From the NCBI GenBank assembly GCA_965223865.1, contig OZ245020.1, positions 1,760,001 through 1,824,000 of the forward strand: 64,000 nucleotides of DNA. The letters run 5' to 3'. The notes under the pieces are model-generated. The model saw nothing but the letters and a program-made list of their open reading frames with translations. It had not been told where the DNA came from and searched no databases. The position numbers were made by a program, and so were the translations under genes. Positions 50,311-57,894 of the stretch are shown here, piece after piece. The first letter of the stretch is position 1; every line of letters begins with the position of its first letter. The stretch is from Nitrosarchaeum sp. GTDB lineage: Archaea > Thermoproteota > Nitrososphaeria > Nitrososphaerales > Nitrosopumilaceae.

Positions 50311-50868
50311 GTGAAGGAAAAGCAAGAATATTCCAATGTAGGATTGCCTGTTATTTCTGAGGATGATGTTAAAAATTATGTATTTGAGAGATTTGAAGAC
50401 GTTAAAAGGTTAAAAAAAATCAAAAATCTCGTGAATTTTCAGGCTATGAATAAGTACATGATAATGGCCCATAACCAAGAGCAACTCAAAAAGCTAGGAA
50501 ACATTGTAGCTAGTTATAAAAAAATCCCCTTTTCAGAAATTTTAGAGAGTTATGAAGAAAATCTAAGAATTGCTCTAAAGAAAAAACCAACCAAGAAAAT
50601 GCATACAAATGTAATTATGCATATTTTTGGACATTTTTCAAAAAAATTGAATCAATCTGATAAAGAATTGTTTTTTCAGTTATTAGAAGAATATAGAAAA
50701 GAAAAGATCAGCTTAGGAGATATTCTTGTAGAAATAAATCCAGTCATATTTAGATTCAACAATACCTATCTAGCTAGTCAGACCTACTTTTTATTATATT
50801 CAAACATTATTCCAGGAATTCCATTTCAATCTCTCAATAATGAAAACGTCATAAAGGATCTAAATTAA
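50311..50868 (+). CDS. DUF1722 (YbgA-like) protein
   Basis: FQA.NKY.IMAH....K.LG, H.NV.MH.FG.F.K.L and YLASQTYF. Confidence 0.85.
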   Translation: MKEKQEYSNVGLPVISEDDVKNYVFERFEDVKRLKKIKNLVNFQAMNKYMIMAHNQEQLKKLGNIVASYKKIPFSEILESYEENLRIALKKKPTKKMHTNVIMHIFGHFSKKLNQSDKELFFQLLEEYRKEKISLGDILVEINPVIFRFNNTYLASQTYFLLYSNIIPGIPFQSLNNENVIKDLN

Positions 50869-50893
50869 AAAAAATAGCAAAAAATAAAATCCA

Positions 50894-50929
50894 TTAGCAC
50901 TATAAAATATAGTTAGCATTAGTTATATA
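50894..50929 (+). promoter_or_regulatory. Regulon box, second half-site and TATA upstream of the B12-binding regulator
   Basis: TTAGCACTA (50894-50902), TTAGCATTA (50913-50921) and TTATATA (50923-50929). Confidence 0.7.
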
Positions 50930-50950
50930 GTTTAATGAAACAAAAAATTC

Positions 50951-51793
50951 ATGGTATACATTAGAGCAAAGAAAGTAAAATCTGATCAATATCTTTATCT
51001 TGTCAAAAGTGTGTGGGATTCTCAGAAAAATACATCAAAACAAGAAATAATCAAGTATTTAGGAAAAGCATCTGATGTTGTAAAAGATGATATTCCTTCA
51101 GATTACAGAAATGATTCTAAAATATTATCTGTGTTGGCAAAATTTAATCCTAAAGATATTAAAAAAAGAGAAGATGCATCAAAAAAATCAAAACAGCAAC
51201 TATTTAAAAAATTAACAGAAGGAGATATTCAGGCTTCACTAAAGATCTATCAGGAATATACCAAAATTTTTGATACTCCAGATTTTTTTGATAAAATTCT
51301 AAAACCAGTAATGTATAAGATTGGAGACGATTGGGCTACTGGTAAAATCAGTATTGCAACAGAGCATGTAGCAAGTAATGTTGCACAAACCCTTGTTAAA
51401 ATTATAATGGATCAAGTTACTGGAAATGCCAACAAAAAGAAAGTCTTAATTTGTGTTCCTCTTGGAGAGGAACATCATCTTGGTTGTGACGTACTAGAAA
51501 CATATCTTTCAATTAAAGGATTCAAAGTATACAACATGGGAACATCAATGCCCACGGAATCTATTTTGAATTTCATCGATAACAACAATCCTGATGTAGT
51601 ACTATTATCAATAACCTTGGAGGATAATCTATCAGCAGGACAACGACTTGTAAGAAAGATCAAAGAACGATTTAACATTCCAATTTTGGTTGGCGGTTTT
51701 GCAATAGAGGGAGAAAATATCCCAAAGTTTGATGCAAAAATAATACCAAAATCATCACTAGAAGAAATCCCCAAGTTGATTAGAACAGCATAG
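50951..51793 (+). CDS. Cobalamin-binding (CarH/LitR-like) putative regulator with non-MerR N-terminal domain
   Basis: W-x9-EH (WATGKISIATEH), GEEHHLG, G..V.N.G...P and VGG Rossmann motifs; basic beta-rich N-terminus. Confidence 0.85.
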   Translation: MVYIRAKKVKSDQYLYLVKSVWDSQKNTSKQEIIKYLGKASDVVKDDIPSDYRNDSKILSVLAKFNPKDIKKREDASKKSKQQLFKKLTEGDIQASLKIYQEYTKIFDTPDFFDKILKPVMYKIGDDWATGKISIATEHVASNVAQTLVKIIMDQVTGNANKKKVLICVPLGEEHHLGCDVLETYLSIKGFKVYNMGTSMPTESILNFIDNNNPDVVLLSITLEDNLSAGQRLVRKIKERFNIPILVGGFAIEGENIPKFDAKIIPKSSLEEIPKLIRTA

Positions 51794-51801
51794 TTTATTT
51801 C

Positions 51802-53136
51802 TTATTTTTTTAAATAAGATTGTATTTTAGGCATGCAAAGAATAGAGCTATGGGCTGCTGAATCAGTACCTATTCCGTAACTAATAGTAGAATCCCCTAC
51901 AAAAAACAACCCCTTAATGCTAGGAATTTCATGTGGCATTTTTGATTTCCATACCAATCCAGGTTCTTTTACAACTGATTCCACAAGATTCCAAGCCATT
52001 GGGCGTTCCCAAAGTAGTGATTCCTCAAATTGAGGGTAAATCGAAGAGATTTCTTTTTTCATTGTATTTACGATCATACGTATTTGTTTTGGATCATCAG
52101 TGACAGAGGGATCTACTGGAGTTCCAGCAATTATCAAATGTTCTCCCGGAGGAGAAACTGATGAAGTAATGTTTGAAATGAAAAAAATTCCTTTTGTAGT
52201 ATAATTATCACCGACTGGAAAAACTACTTGTCTTGTATCAAGTTGAGATTTTAAGGCAAAATGAACCTCTACTACTGCAGTTTTTTTGTTTAACTTGTTT
52301 ATCTCTTTTACAAATTTTTCATCAAATACATCTCTGTCAAACAATTGATTAATTGCCATGTAAGCAGGGTAAGAAATCACAACACAGTTTGTCGGAATAA
52401 AATCATTACTGTTTGTTACTATTCCTGTTACTTTAGAATTTTCAATAATAATTTTTTTTACAGAGCAGTTTAGCTCAACATTACCATCATTTTCTTCAAT
52501 GTATTGGGCCAAAATTTTTGAAATTGAATCATATCCACCGTCTTCAGGATAAGCAAATTCACTTGTTCCTCCTTTGAAAGGATTGGCACGGATTATTGTC
52601 CTTGCAAATTCACCTAAAGAAATATGATCAACAGTATCAGCAAAAGCCAACATGCATACTGCCTCAAAAAATGCATTTGTTTCAGGATCTAATTTGGAAG
52701 TTATTTCTTTTAGAGAAAGGTTATCCCATTCTTCTGTTTTTTCAATGGAGGTAAAAGCCATCGGGAGAAGTACTTTCAAAAGTTTGATTCTACTTTTTAA
52801 TGGAATCAGAGAAAGGCGTAAAAGGTCATTCATTCCTTTAGGATATTTGTGAAATCCTGAATCAGAATGAAAGGCAATATTGTCAACTTTGGCAAGTTTT
52901 AGTTTTGATTCAATTTCTAATGATTTTAAAACAGTGAAAATTGCAGATTTTTTGTAAAAGGGCATAATATGAAAGCCATTATCTAGAATATGGTTTTTAA
53001 ATTTCATAGAGGCAGTTCTGCCACCTAATTTTGAGGATTTTTCAATAATTCTTACAGGATGTCCTTTTTGTGCAAGCATAGCACCTGTGGTTAGTCCACC
53101 CACTCCTGCTCCAATAATGTAAATGGGTTCCCTCAT
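51802..53136 (-). CDS. FAD-dependent oxidoreductase, phytoene desaturase/amine oxidase superfamily
   Basis: IIGAGVGGL, EK...LGGR, LDNGFH, YP.GG and GLFFVGD. Confidence 0.85.
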   Translation of the reverse strand: MREPIYIIGAGVGGLTTGAMLAQKGHPVRIIEKSSKLGGRTASMKFKNHILDNGFHIMPFYKKSAIFTVLKSLEIESKLKLAKVDNIAFHSDSGFHKYPKGMNDLLRLSLIPLKSRIKLLKVLLPMAFTSIEKTEEWDNLSLKEITSKLDPETNAFFEAVCMLAFADTVDHISLGEFARTIIRANPFKGGTSEFAYPEDGGYDSISKILAQYIEENDGNVELNCSVKKIIIENSKVTGIVTNSNDFIPTNCVVISYPAYMAINQLFDRDVFDEKFVKEINKLNKKTAVVEVHFALKSQLDTRQVVFPVGDNYTTKGIFFISNITSSVSPPGEHLIIAGTPVDPSVTDDPKQIRMIVNTMKKEISSIYPQFEESLLWERPMAWNLVESVVKEPGLVWKSKMPHEIPSIKGLFFVGDSTISYGIGTDSAAHSSILCMPKIQSYLKK

Positions 53137-53157
53137 GAATAATTTTTTATTTTTTTC

Positions 53158-53194
53158 TATTTATGCAGGTGCCAAATAATTTACATAGTGCTAA
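53158..53194 (-). promoter_or_regulatory. Regulon box, half-site and TATA upstream of the flavoprotein gene
   Basis: Minus strand TTAGCACTA-N10-TTGGCAC-CTGC-ATAAATA. Confidence 0.7.
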
Positions 53195-53644
53195 CTATTT
53201 GGACAAATTATAAGAATTAAATTTCTCAGTAGATTTAATAAACTGATCCATTACTGAACTCATCTGATTTGCAAGATAATCTTCTAAGAATCCAAATAAC
53301 TTGAAAAATCCATTTAATCTTAATCTTACATCAATTGAAATAACTGTTCCATCATCAGATTTTACATATGACTCTACAAATACAGTCCCCTTAGTAGGCC
53401 CACTAAGAATATAGATTTCGTGATTTGAGGGTTTTTTAATTACATGTTTTGTTTTTATTTTTAGGGGAATTCCAAGAAATTTTATTTTTTCTAAAACAAT
53501 TTTTTCATTCTTTGTTTGTCTAATGATTTTTAATGATTTAAAATAATCAGGCATTACCTGATGAAAATTTTCGACATCAGTACTTAAATGAAATATTCTT
53601 TCTTGAGATAATGAAGAATTTCTCGTTAGAGTAAAATGTTTCAT
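53195..53644 (-). CDS. SRPBCC / polyketide cyclase-like (START fold) protein
   Basis: IF.L.TDVENF.QVMP.YF.S..I N-terminus and a C-terminal amphipathic helix. Confidence 0.8.
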   Translation of the reverse strand: MKHFTLTRNSSLSQERIFHLSTDVENFHQVMPDYFKSLKIIRQTKNEKIVLEKIKFLGIPLKIKTKHVIKKPSNHEIYILSGPTKGTVFVESYVKSDDGTVISIDVRLRLNGFFKLFGFLEDYLANQMSSVMDQFIKSTEKFNSYNLSK

Positions 53645-53647
53645 ATC

Positions 53648-53824
53648 TTAATCACTATTTTCAGATAATGAGAAATTTGTTTGTATATTTTCAAGGTTAT
53701 TGTAATTACTTTTTTTGATTTTCAAGCGAACTAAGGATGAAAGACAAACGTTCAGTTTTTTTGGATTTTCATCAGAATTCAAATTTTTTGTAGATTGGGA
53801 CAGGAAAGACAATTCAGTAATCAT
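53648..53824 (-). CDS. Small ORF (58 aa) leading the SRPBCC gene
   Basis: MITELSFLSQSTKNLNSDENPKKLNVCLSSLVRLKIKKSNYNNLENIQTNFSLSENSD*; follows a boxed promoter and stops 3 nt before the next ATG. Confidence 0.45.
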   Translation of the reverse strand: MITELSFLSQSTKNLNSDENPKKLNVCLSSLVRLKIKKSNYNNLENIQTNFSLSENSD

Positions 53825-53866
53825 ACTTTTTTGTTTTTAGTATTTATGAAGAAAAGAAATTATTTC

Positions 53867-53919
53867 ATAGTGCCAATAATTTGTTATTGTATTAATATTT
53901 AGGAGCGAATTAGCACTAG
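53867..53919. promoter_or_regulatory. Two regulon boxes serving divergent promoters (atagtgccaa 53867-53876; ttagcactag 53910-53919)
   Basis: 19-20 nt from TATA-like elements at 53841-53847 (minus) and about 53938-53945 (plus). Confidence 0.7.
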
Positions 53920-53967
53920 ATTATAATTTTTAGGACATTAAAATATCTTAAAAAAGAAAAACAAGCT

Positions 53968-54123
53968 ATGGAAGAAAATCTTTCAATTTCATATGGAGTT
54001 GAATCAGGTTATGCGATGATTGAGAATAAAGAGTTTGGTTTGATTGAAAACATCTCAAAGGTGTTATCTAAAGTAAGAGAACTTGAGAGCCAAACAGCAA
54101 TAGTAATTCAAGTCTCAGGATAA
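53968..54123 (+). CDS. Small ORF (51 aa)
   Basis: MEENLSISYGVESGYAMIENKEFGLIENISKVLSKVRELESQTAIVIQVSG*; ATG about 22 nt after the TATA-like element. Confidence 0.55.
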   Translation: MEENLSISYGVESGYAMIENKEFGLIENISKVLSKVRELESQTAIVIQVSG

Positions 54124-54132
54124 AAAACTAAA

Positions 54133-54363
54133 ATGAGTAAATTAAAACCATATAGACCAAGCATCATAACAGCATTTGGAGTAATCTTTTTGATTTCAGC
54201 AATAATTATTCCAATTCAAAATTTGATTGTGTGGGGTCCAGATTTTGTGATGGAGTTTTACACATCGTCTCAAATAACTTCAGAGAAAATATCAATTGGA
54301 GTGATTGCATTTGGTCTTGCATTAATTTTGATAGGTTATAAAAAGCAAGTCTATGTTGAATAG
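54133..54363 (+). CDS. Small two-helix membrane protein
   Basis: Two hydrophobic segments in 76 aa. Confidence 0.7.
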   Translation: MSKLKPYRPSIITAFGVIFLISAIIIPIQNLIVWGPDFVMEFYTSSQITSEKISIGVIAFGLALILIGYKKQVYVE

Positions 54364-54374
54364 AAGTTTAATAA

Positions 54375-54410
54375 TTACCACTAGTTACAAAAACAAATCT
54401 GGCTTAAATA
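54375..54410 (+). promoter_or_regulatory. Regulon box and TATA upstream of the uORF-tfb unit
   Basis: TTACCACTA (54375-54383), N20, then TTAAATA (54404-54410). Confidence 0.65.
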
Positions 54411-54431
54411 ATTTTAAAACCAAATTTAATT

Positions 54432-54596
54432 ATGATAGTAAAATCATCTTACCAAGAAAAAAACAGAAATTCATTAGTATATGTAAATTCTAAAATCAAA
54501 ATTTGTATTAATTATAGTAATTACAAAATAAAATTTCATGAGTTTGGAGTATCCTGTAAATATTATGGAGAACCATTTTGGAGGATAAAATGTTAA
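54432..54596 (+). CDS. Small ORF (54 aa) whose stop overlaps the tfb start
   Basis: MIVKSSYQEKNRNSLVYVNSKIKICINYSNYKIKFHEFGVSCKYYGEPFWRIKC*; ATG 21 nt after TATA, ATGTTAA overlap with tfb. Confidence 0.4.
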   Translation: MIVKSSYQEKNRNSLVYVNSKIKICINYSNYKIKFHEFGVSCKYYGEPFWRIKC

Positions 54597-55495
54597 CCGA
54601 ACTTGTGCATCAACAAAATTGCAACAAAAATAAAATAATTACAGATTTAGATACTGGGGAAATTGCATGTAGTAATTGTGGTGCAGTATCACATGAAAAA
54701 CCAATTGAATTTGGACCAGAAATTTCTGGAATTACAAAAGAAGAATATCTTAAAACATCTCGAGTTGGAAGGAAAATTTCATTAAAAATAGCCGATATGG
54801 GCTTATCGACAATAATAGAGTCACAAGATAAGGATGCTACTGGAAAGTACTTATCAAAAGAGAATCGTAGAATGTTTTATCGCCTTCGTATGTGGGATAG
54901 AAATAGTCGTTCTGCAAATACTGTAAAATCATTGCAAAAAGCATTTCTTTTACTTGATGGAATTAGAGCAAAACTTAATCTTCCTGAACCAGTTGTAGAA
55001 CATACAGCCTATCTTTTTAGAAAAATTTCAGCAAAAAAAATTCTTAGCGGCAGAACTACTTCAGGAATTCTTTGTGCTACAGTGTACATTGCATGTAGAT
55101 TAACAAACACACCTAGAACCATACAAGATGTTGCCGATGCTGGAAATATCAAAAGAAAAAACTTACAGAGAATTTACAGATTTTTAATAAAAGAGCTAAA
55201 CATCTTTCCTAATGCATATAATCCACATGAATTTATTACAAGAATTTCAAAAACTATTAGCATTTCAGAAAAAACAGAAAGACTTGCATTTAACATTGTT
55301 TTGTTGACAGAAAAAATAGGAATATCTACAAGCAAGAATCCAATGGCAATGGCAGCAGCATCTATTCATTTGGCATCCTTGAAAAATAATGAAAAAGTTT
55401 CACAATTAAAAATTTCAGAGGCATCAGGTATAAGTGCTGTAACAATTAGGGATCGAGCAAAAGAGATCAAAGAAAGATTAGGAGGTGAAATTTAG
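54590..55495 (+). CDS. tfb: Alternative TFB paralogue
   Basis: ITD..TGEIACSNCG, DMGLST.I...KD..G, RLR.W, two cyclin folds and ISAVTIRDR; GGAGG precedes the ATG at 54590. Confidence 0.9.
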   Translation: MLTELVHQQNCNKNKIITDLDTGEIACSNCGAVSHEKPIEFGPEISGITKEEYLKTSRVGRKISLKIADMGLSTIIESQDKDATGKYLSKENRRMFYRLRMWDRNSRSANTVKSLQKAFLLLDGIRAKLNLPEPVVEHTAYLFRKISAKKILSGRTTSGILCATVYIACRLTNTPRTIQDVADAGNIKRKNLQRIYRFLIKELNIFPNAYNPHEFITRISKTISISEKTERLAFNIVLLTEKIGISTSKNPMAMAAASIHLASLKNNEKVSQLKISEASGISAVTIRDRAKEIKERLGGEI

Positions 55496-55677
55496 TGGGA
55501 AGAACATGTAGAGGTATTTGCCAAATGCACAAAGCCGAACCTGTTCCAAATAAACTCAGATATGAAGTTGGTCAGAAGCGATGTACGTTTTGTGGAATAT
55601 TTATGTCAGTTGAAGATACTAGATGTATTTGTTGCAAGGCAGTCCTAAGAACAAAGGCAAGAGGGAAAAAGAATTAG
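55495..55677 (+). CDS. Small Cys-rich zinc-finger protein
   Basis: CRGIC, CTFC and CICC; GGAGG upstream, coupled to tfb. Confidence 0.8.
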   Translation: MGRTCRGICQMHKAEPVPNKLRYEVGQKRCTFCGIFMSVEDTRCICCKAVLRTKARGKKN

Positions 55678-56294
55678 ATTTCGTTTTTTAGTTCAGAGAG
55701 AAAATTTTTCATAATTCTAGTTCTCCTTTTGGCCTCAATTTTAGCAGATTTTGTGTTCATTAAAGATTCTAATTTCAATAGTTTCTGATAGAAATGATCC
55801 AGAGTCCAATTTTTGTCATCAGCTGTCCGTTTTTTACAAAATGGGTCTTTTTTGTTGTAAAATGATCGTTTTTCTGATCCTCCAACGGCAAAAACTCTAG
55901 CAATTCCTATTGCACCAATTGCATCTAGCCTATCTGCATCTTGAAGTATTTTTCCTTCTAAAGTTTGCGGAGTTTTTCCTCTAGAAAAACTATGATCACG
56001 AATTGCATCTGAGATTATTCTAAGTTCTTTAGAAGAATAGCCTAAATTTTTTAGAATCTTTTTTGCTTCTTGGGCACTCTTTATTGATGAAAGTTTTGAG
56101 CGCGGGTCTGATTTAGGGTAGGAGATGATATCATGTAATAATACTGCACTTAGCACAAGTTTTTCATTTGCTTTTTCTTTTTTGCATAATTTCTGTGCGT
56201 TTTTGTATACTCTCATAACATGATTAAAATCATGGGCAGAATCATTTTTCATTCTTTGCTGCACTTGTTTTTGTAGTAAATCAACAGAATCCAT
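55674..56294 (-). CDS. HD-domain phosphohydrolase
   Basis: AHD..HV.RV, LLHD and QDADRLDAIGA. Confidence 0.9.
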   Translation of the reverse strand: MDSVDLLQKQVQQRMKNDSAHDFNHVMRVYKNAQKLCKKEKANEKLVLSAVLLHDIISYPKSDPRSKLSSIKSAQEAKKILKNLGYSSKELRIISDAIRDHSFSRGKTPQTLEGKILQDADRLDAIGAIGIARVFAVGGSEKRSFYNKKDPFCKKRTADDKNWTLDHFYQKLLKLESLMNTKSAKIEAKRRTRIMKNFLSELKNEI

Positions 56295-56930
56295 TTAGAA
56301 TCTCCAGAGTTTTGGTTTGACAAATTTGATTTTTCTTTGTGTTATTAAGAGCGACCAGTTAATGGATGCAAAAAGCACTATTACTCCAACACCAACTCCA
56401 TCTACAAGTAAAATTCCTGTAAGTCTATCTTCAAAAATTTCGAGGAATGGTTGTAAAACGGCATTTCCAAAATATATCATTACAATATATGACAAGAATC
56501 GTCCAAACCAAAATCCAATGTAAATACCAATACTTTTTGCCCTCATTAAACCATATGTGATAAAAAGCATGTTACTGGGAAGAGGAGTTGCACCAAAAAG
56601 AAAAGATGCAATCAAATATCCAAATTTTTTTTGATTTAGGTAATCTCCAATAATATCAAGATTTGATTTTTGTTCTTTTCCTACAAATCTTCTAAAAAGA
56701 CTACTAATTCTTTTCAGCAAAAATCTACCTATTGTTGCAGCAGTAGCTCCAACCATTGCAAGTGAGATAATATTCAAACTAGGATCAAGTAGGTAAAAAG
56801 AAGTCAATATGATCCAGCTTGGTGGCATCAGAATTGGGGCAACATTTACTCCAAATAATACAAGAAAAATACCTACATAGGACCATTCTGCAAAGATTTC
56901 AAAAATATCTGCCATCTTTTGATTAATCAA
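56295..56930 (-). CDS. DedA/VTT-like membrane protein
   Basis: Multiple TM segments, GA.AAT.GR and TPLPS. Confidence 0.7.
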   Translation of the reverse strand: MINQKMADIFEIFAEWSYVGIFLVLFGVNVAPILMPPSWIILTSFYLLDPSLNIISLAMVGATAATIGRFLLKRISSLFRRFVGKEQKSNLDIIGDYLNQKKFGYLIASFLFGATPLPSNMLFITYGLMRAKSIGIYIGFWFGRFLSYIVMIYFGNAVLQPFLEIFEDRLTGILLVDGVGVGVIVLFASINWSLLITQRKIKFVKPKLWRF

Positions 56931-57100
56931 ATAGATTTTTGTTTCTAAACCCTTGGATTCTGCTTTACTTGTGAAAAAATTTTGTTTTTATCACAAAACC
57001 TCAAAAAATCTCAAGATTATGAAAGTATTGATGACGATTTTTAAAAAAATTGGATCAATTATTCAATATCCTTATAAGGAAAAAATACCTATAAATACAC

Positions 57101-57223
57101 ATGTCTGAGGTAGTCTGGAAATGTTATAGATGCAATCTTTCTTTTAACGATGAGGGCATCGCAGAAATGCATAAAAAAATTGAAAAGCATTCAGTAAGCA
57201 AAGTAAAGCCAATAACTGCTTAA
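57101..57223 (+). CDS. Single C2H2 zinc-finger microprotein (40 aa), not in ORF track
   Basis: MSEVVWKCYRCNLSFNDEGIAEMHKKIEKHSVSKVKPITA*: C-x2-C-x12-H-x5-H with the conserved F. Confidence 0.75.
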   Translation: MSEVVWKCYRCNLSFNDEGIAEMHKKIEKHSVSKVKPITA

Positions 57224-57270
57224 TTTATAGAAAAAATTTACAATTTATCAAAATTTTACATAAAGGATAG

Positions 57271-57371
57271 TGCAGAGGGTGGGATTTGAACCCACGAACT
57301 CCTGAGAGAAGGGATTTCCTATTTTGAGGATCTTGAGTCCCTCTCGGTTGACCGGGCTTCGATACCTCTGC
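57271..57371 (-). tRNA. tRNA-Leu(CAA) with 16-nt intron (about 57316-57331)
   Basis: GCAGAGG/CCTCTGC acceptor stem, AGGGA-CT-CAA-G[ATCCTCAAAATAGGAA]A-TCCCT, long variable arm and GGTTCAAATCC. Confidence 0.93.
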
Positions 57372-57504
57372 AAGGAGATTTGATATCGACCGATATTTTT
57401 CGATTACTATTGGATTGTTTTGAAAATGAGATCGGCATATTAAAAAAATCAAAAAGCTATTTTTAAAAAAGCTTTTAATTGTGTGAAATTGAGTCAAAAT
57501 CAGA

Positions 57505-57819
57505 ATGGCTGAATTTATCCCAATTTCACAAGTAAAAAAAATGCGAAGTGGAATCAATGCAAAAGCTGAAGTAAAGAGTAAAGGAGATCCAAGAACGGTT
57601 AATCTCAAGACTGGTGGAACCGTTGATGTATGTGATGCAATCATTGCAGATGGTGAAACTGAAGATGATCAAATGAAATTAACATTATGGGGAGATGACA
57701 TCAAAGCAGTAAATGTAGGAGATGTAGTAGTAATAACAAATGGATACACCAATGAGTTCAAAGGAGAGGTTTCCTTAACAAAAGGCAAGTATGGCCAAAT
57801 GGAAATAAATCCTCAATAA
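57505..57819 (+). CDS. ssb: Single OB-fold ssDNA-binding protein (crenarchaeal SSB-like)
   Basis: D......LTLWG....V..GDVV.ITNGY..EFKG...L..G.YG. Confidence 0.85.
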   Translation: MAEFIPISQVKKMRSGINAKAEVKSKGDPRTVNLKTGGTVDVCDAIIADGETEDDQMKLTLWGDDIKAVNVGDVVVITNGYTNEFKGEVSLTKGKYGQMEINPQ

Positions 57820-57840
57820 ACTAATTTTGAAAATTAGTTT
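57818..57840. terminator. Perfect 11-bp inverted repeat between convergent genes
   Basis: aaactaatttt-g-aaaattagttt followed by T-rich sequence. Confidence 0.4.
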
Positions 57841-57894
57841 TTCATTGTTTTAATTATCTTTTAAAATAGTTCAGAAATTAAATTGTAGTAAAAA

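Noticed and set aside
50951-51793. Protein as a transposase or methyltransferase corrinoid protein
   Set aside because: No DDE domain or terminal repeats; W-x9-EH plus E-x-H fits the CarH-type module rather than the DxHxxG type.
57225-57644. 139-aa minus-strand ORF
   Set aside because: Runs through tRNA-Leu and is antisense to ssb.
57818-57840. Inverted repeat as a dif/Xer site
   Set aside because: 1-nt centre rather than the 6-nt spacer of dif sites; position fits a terminator region.
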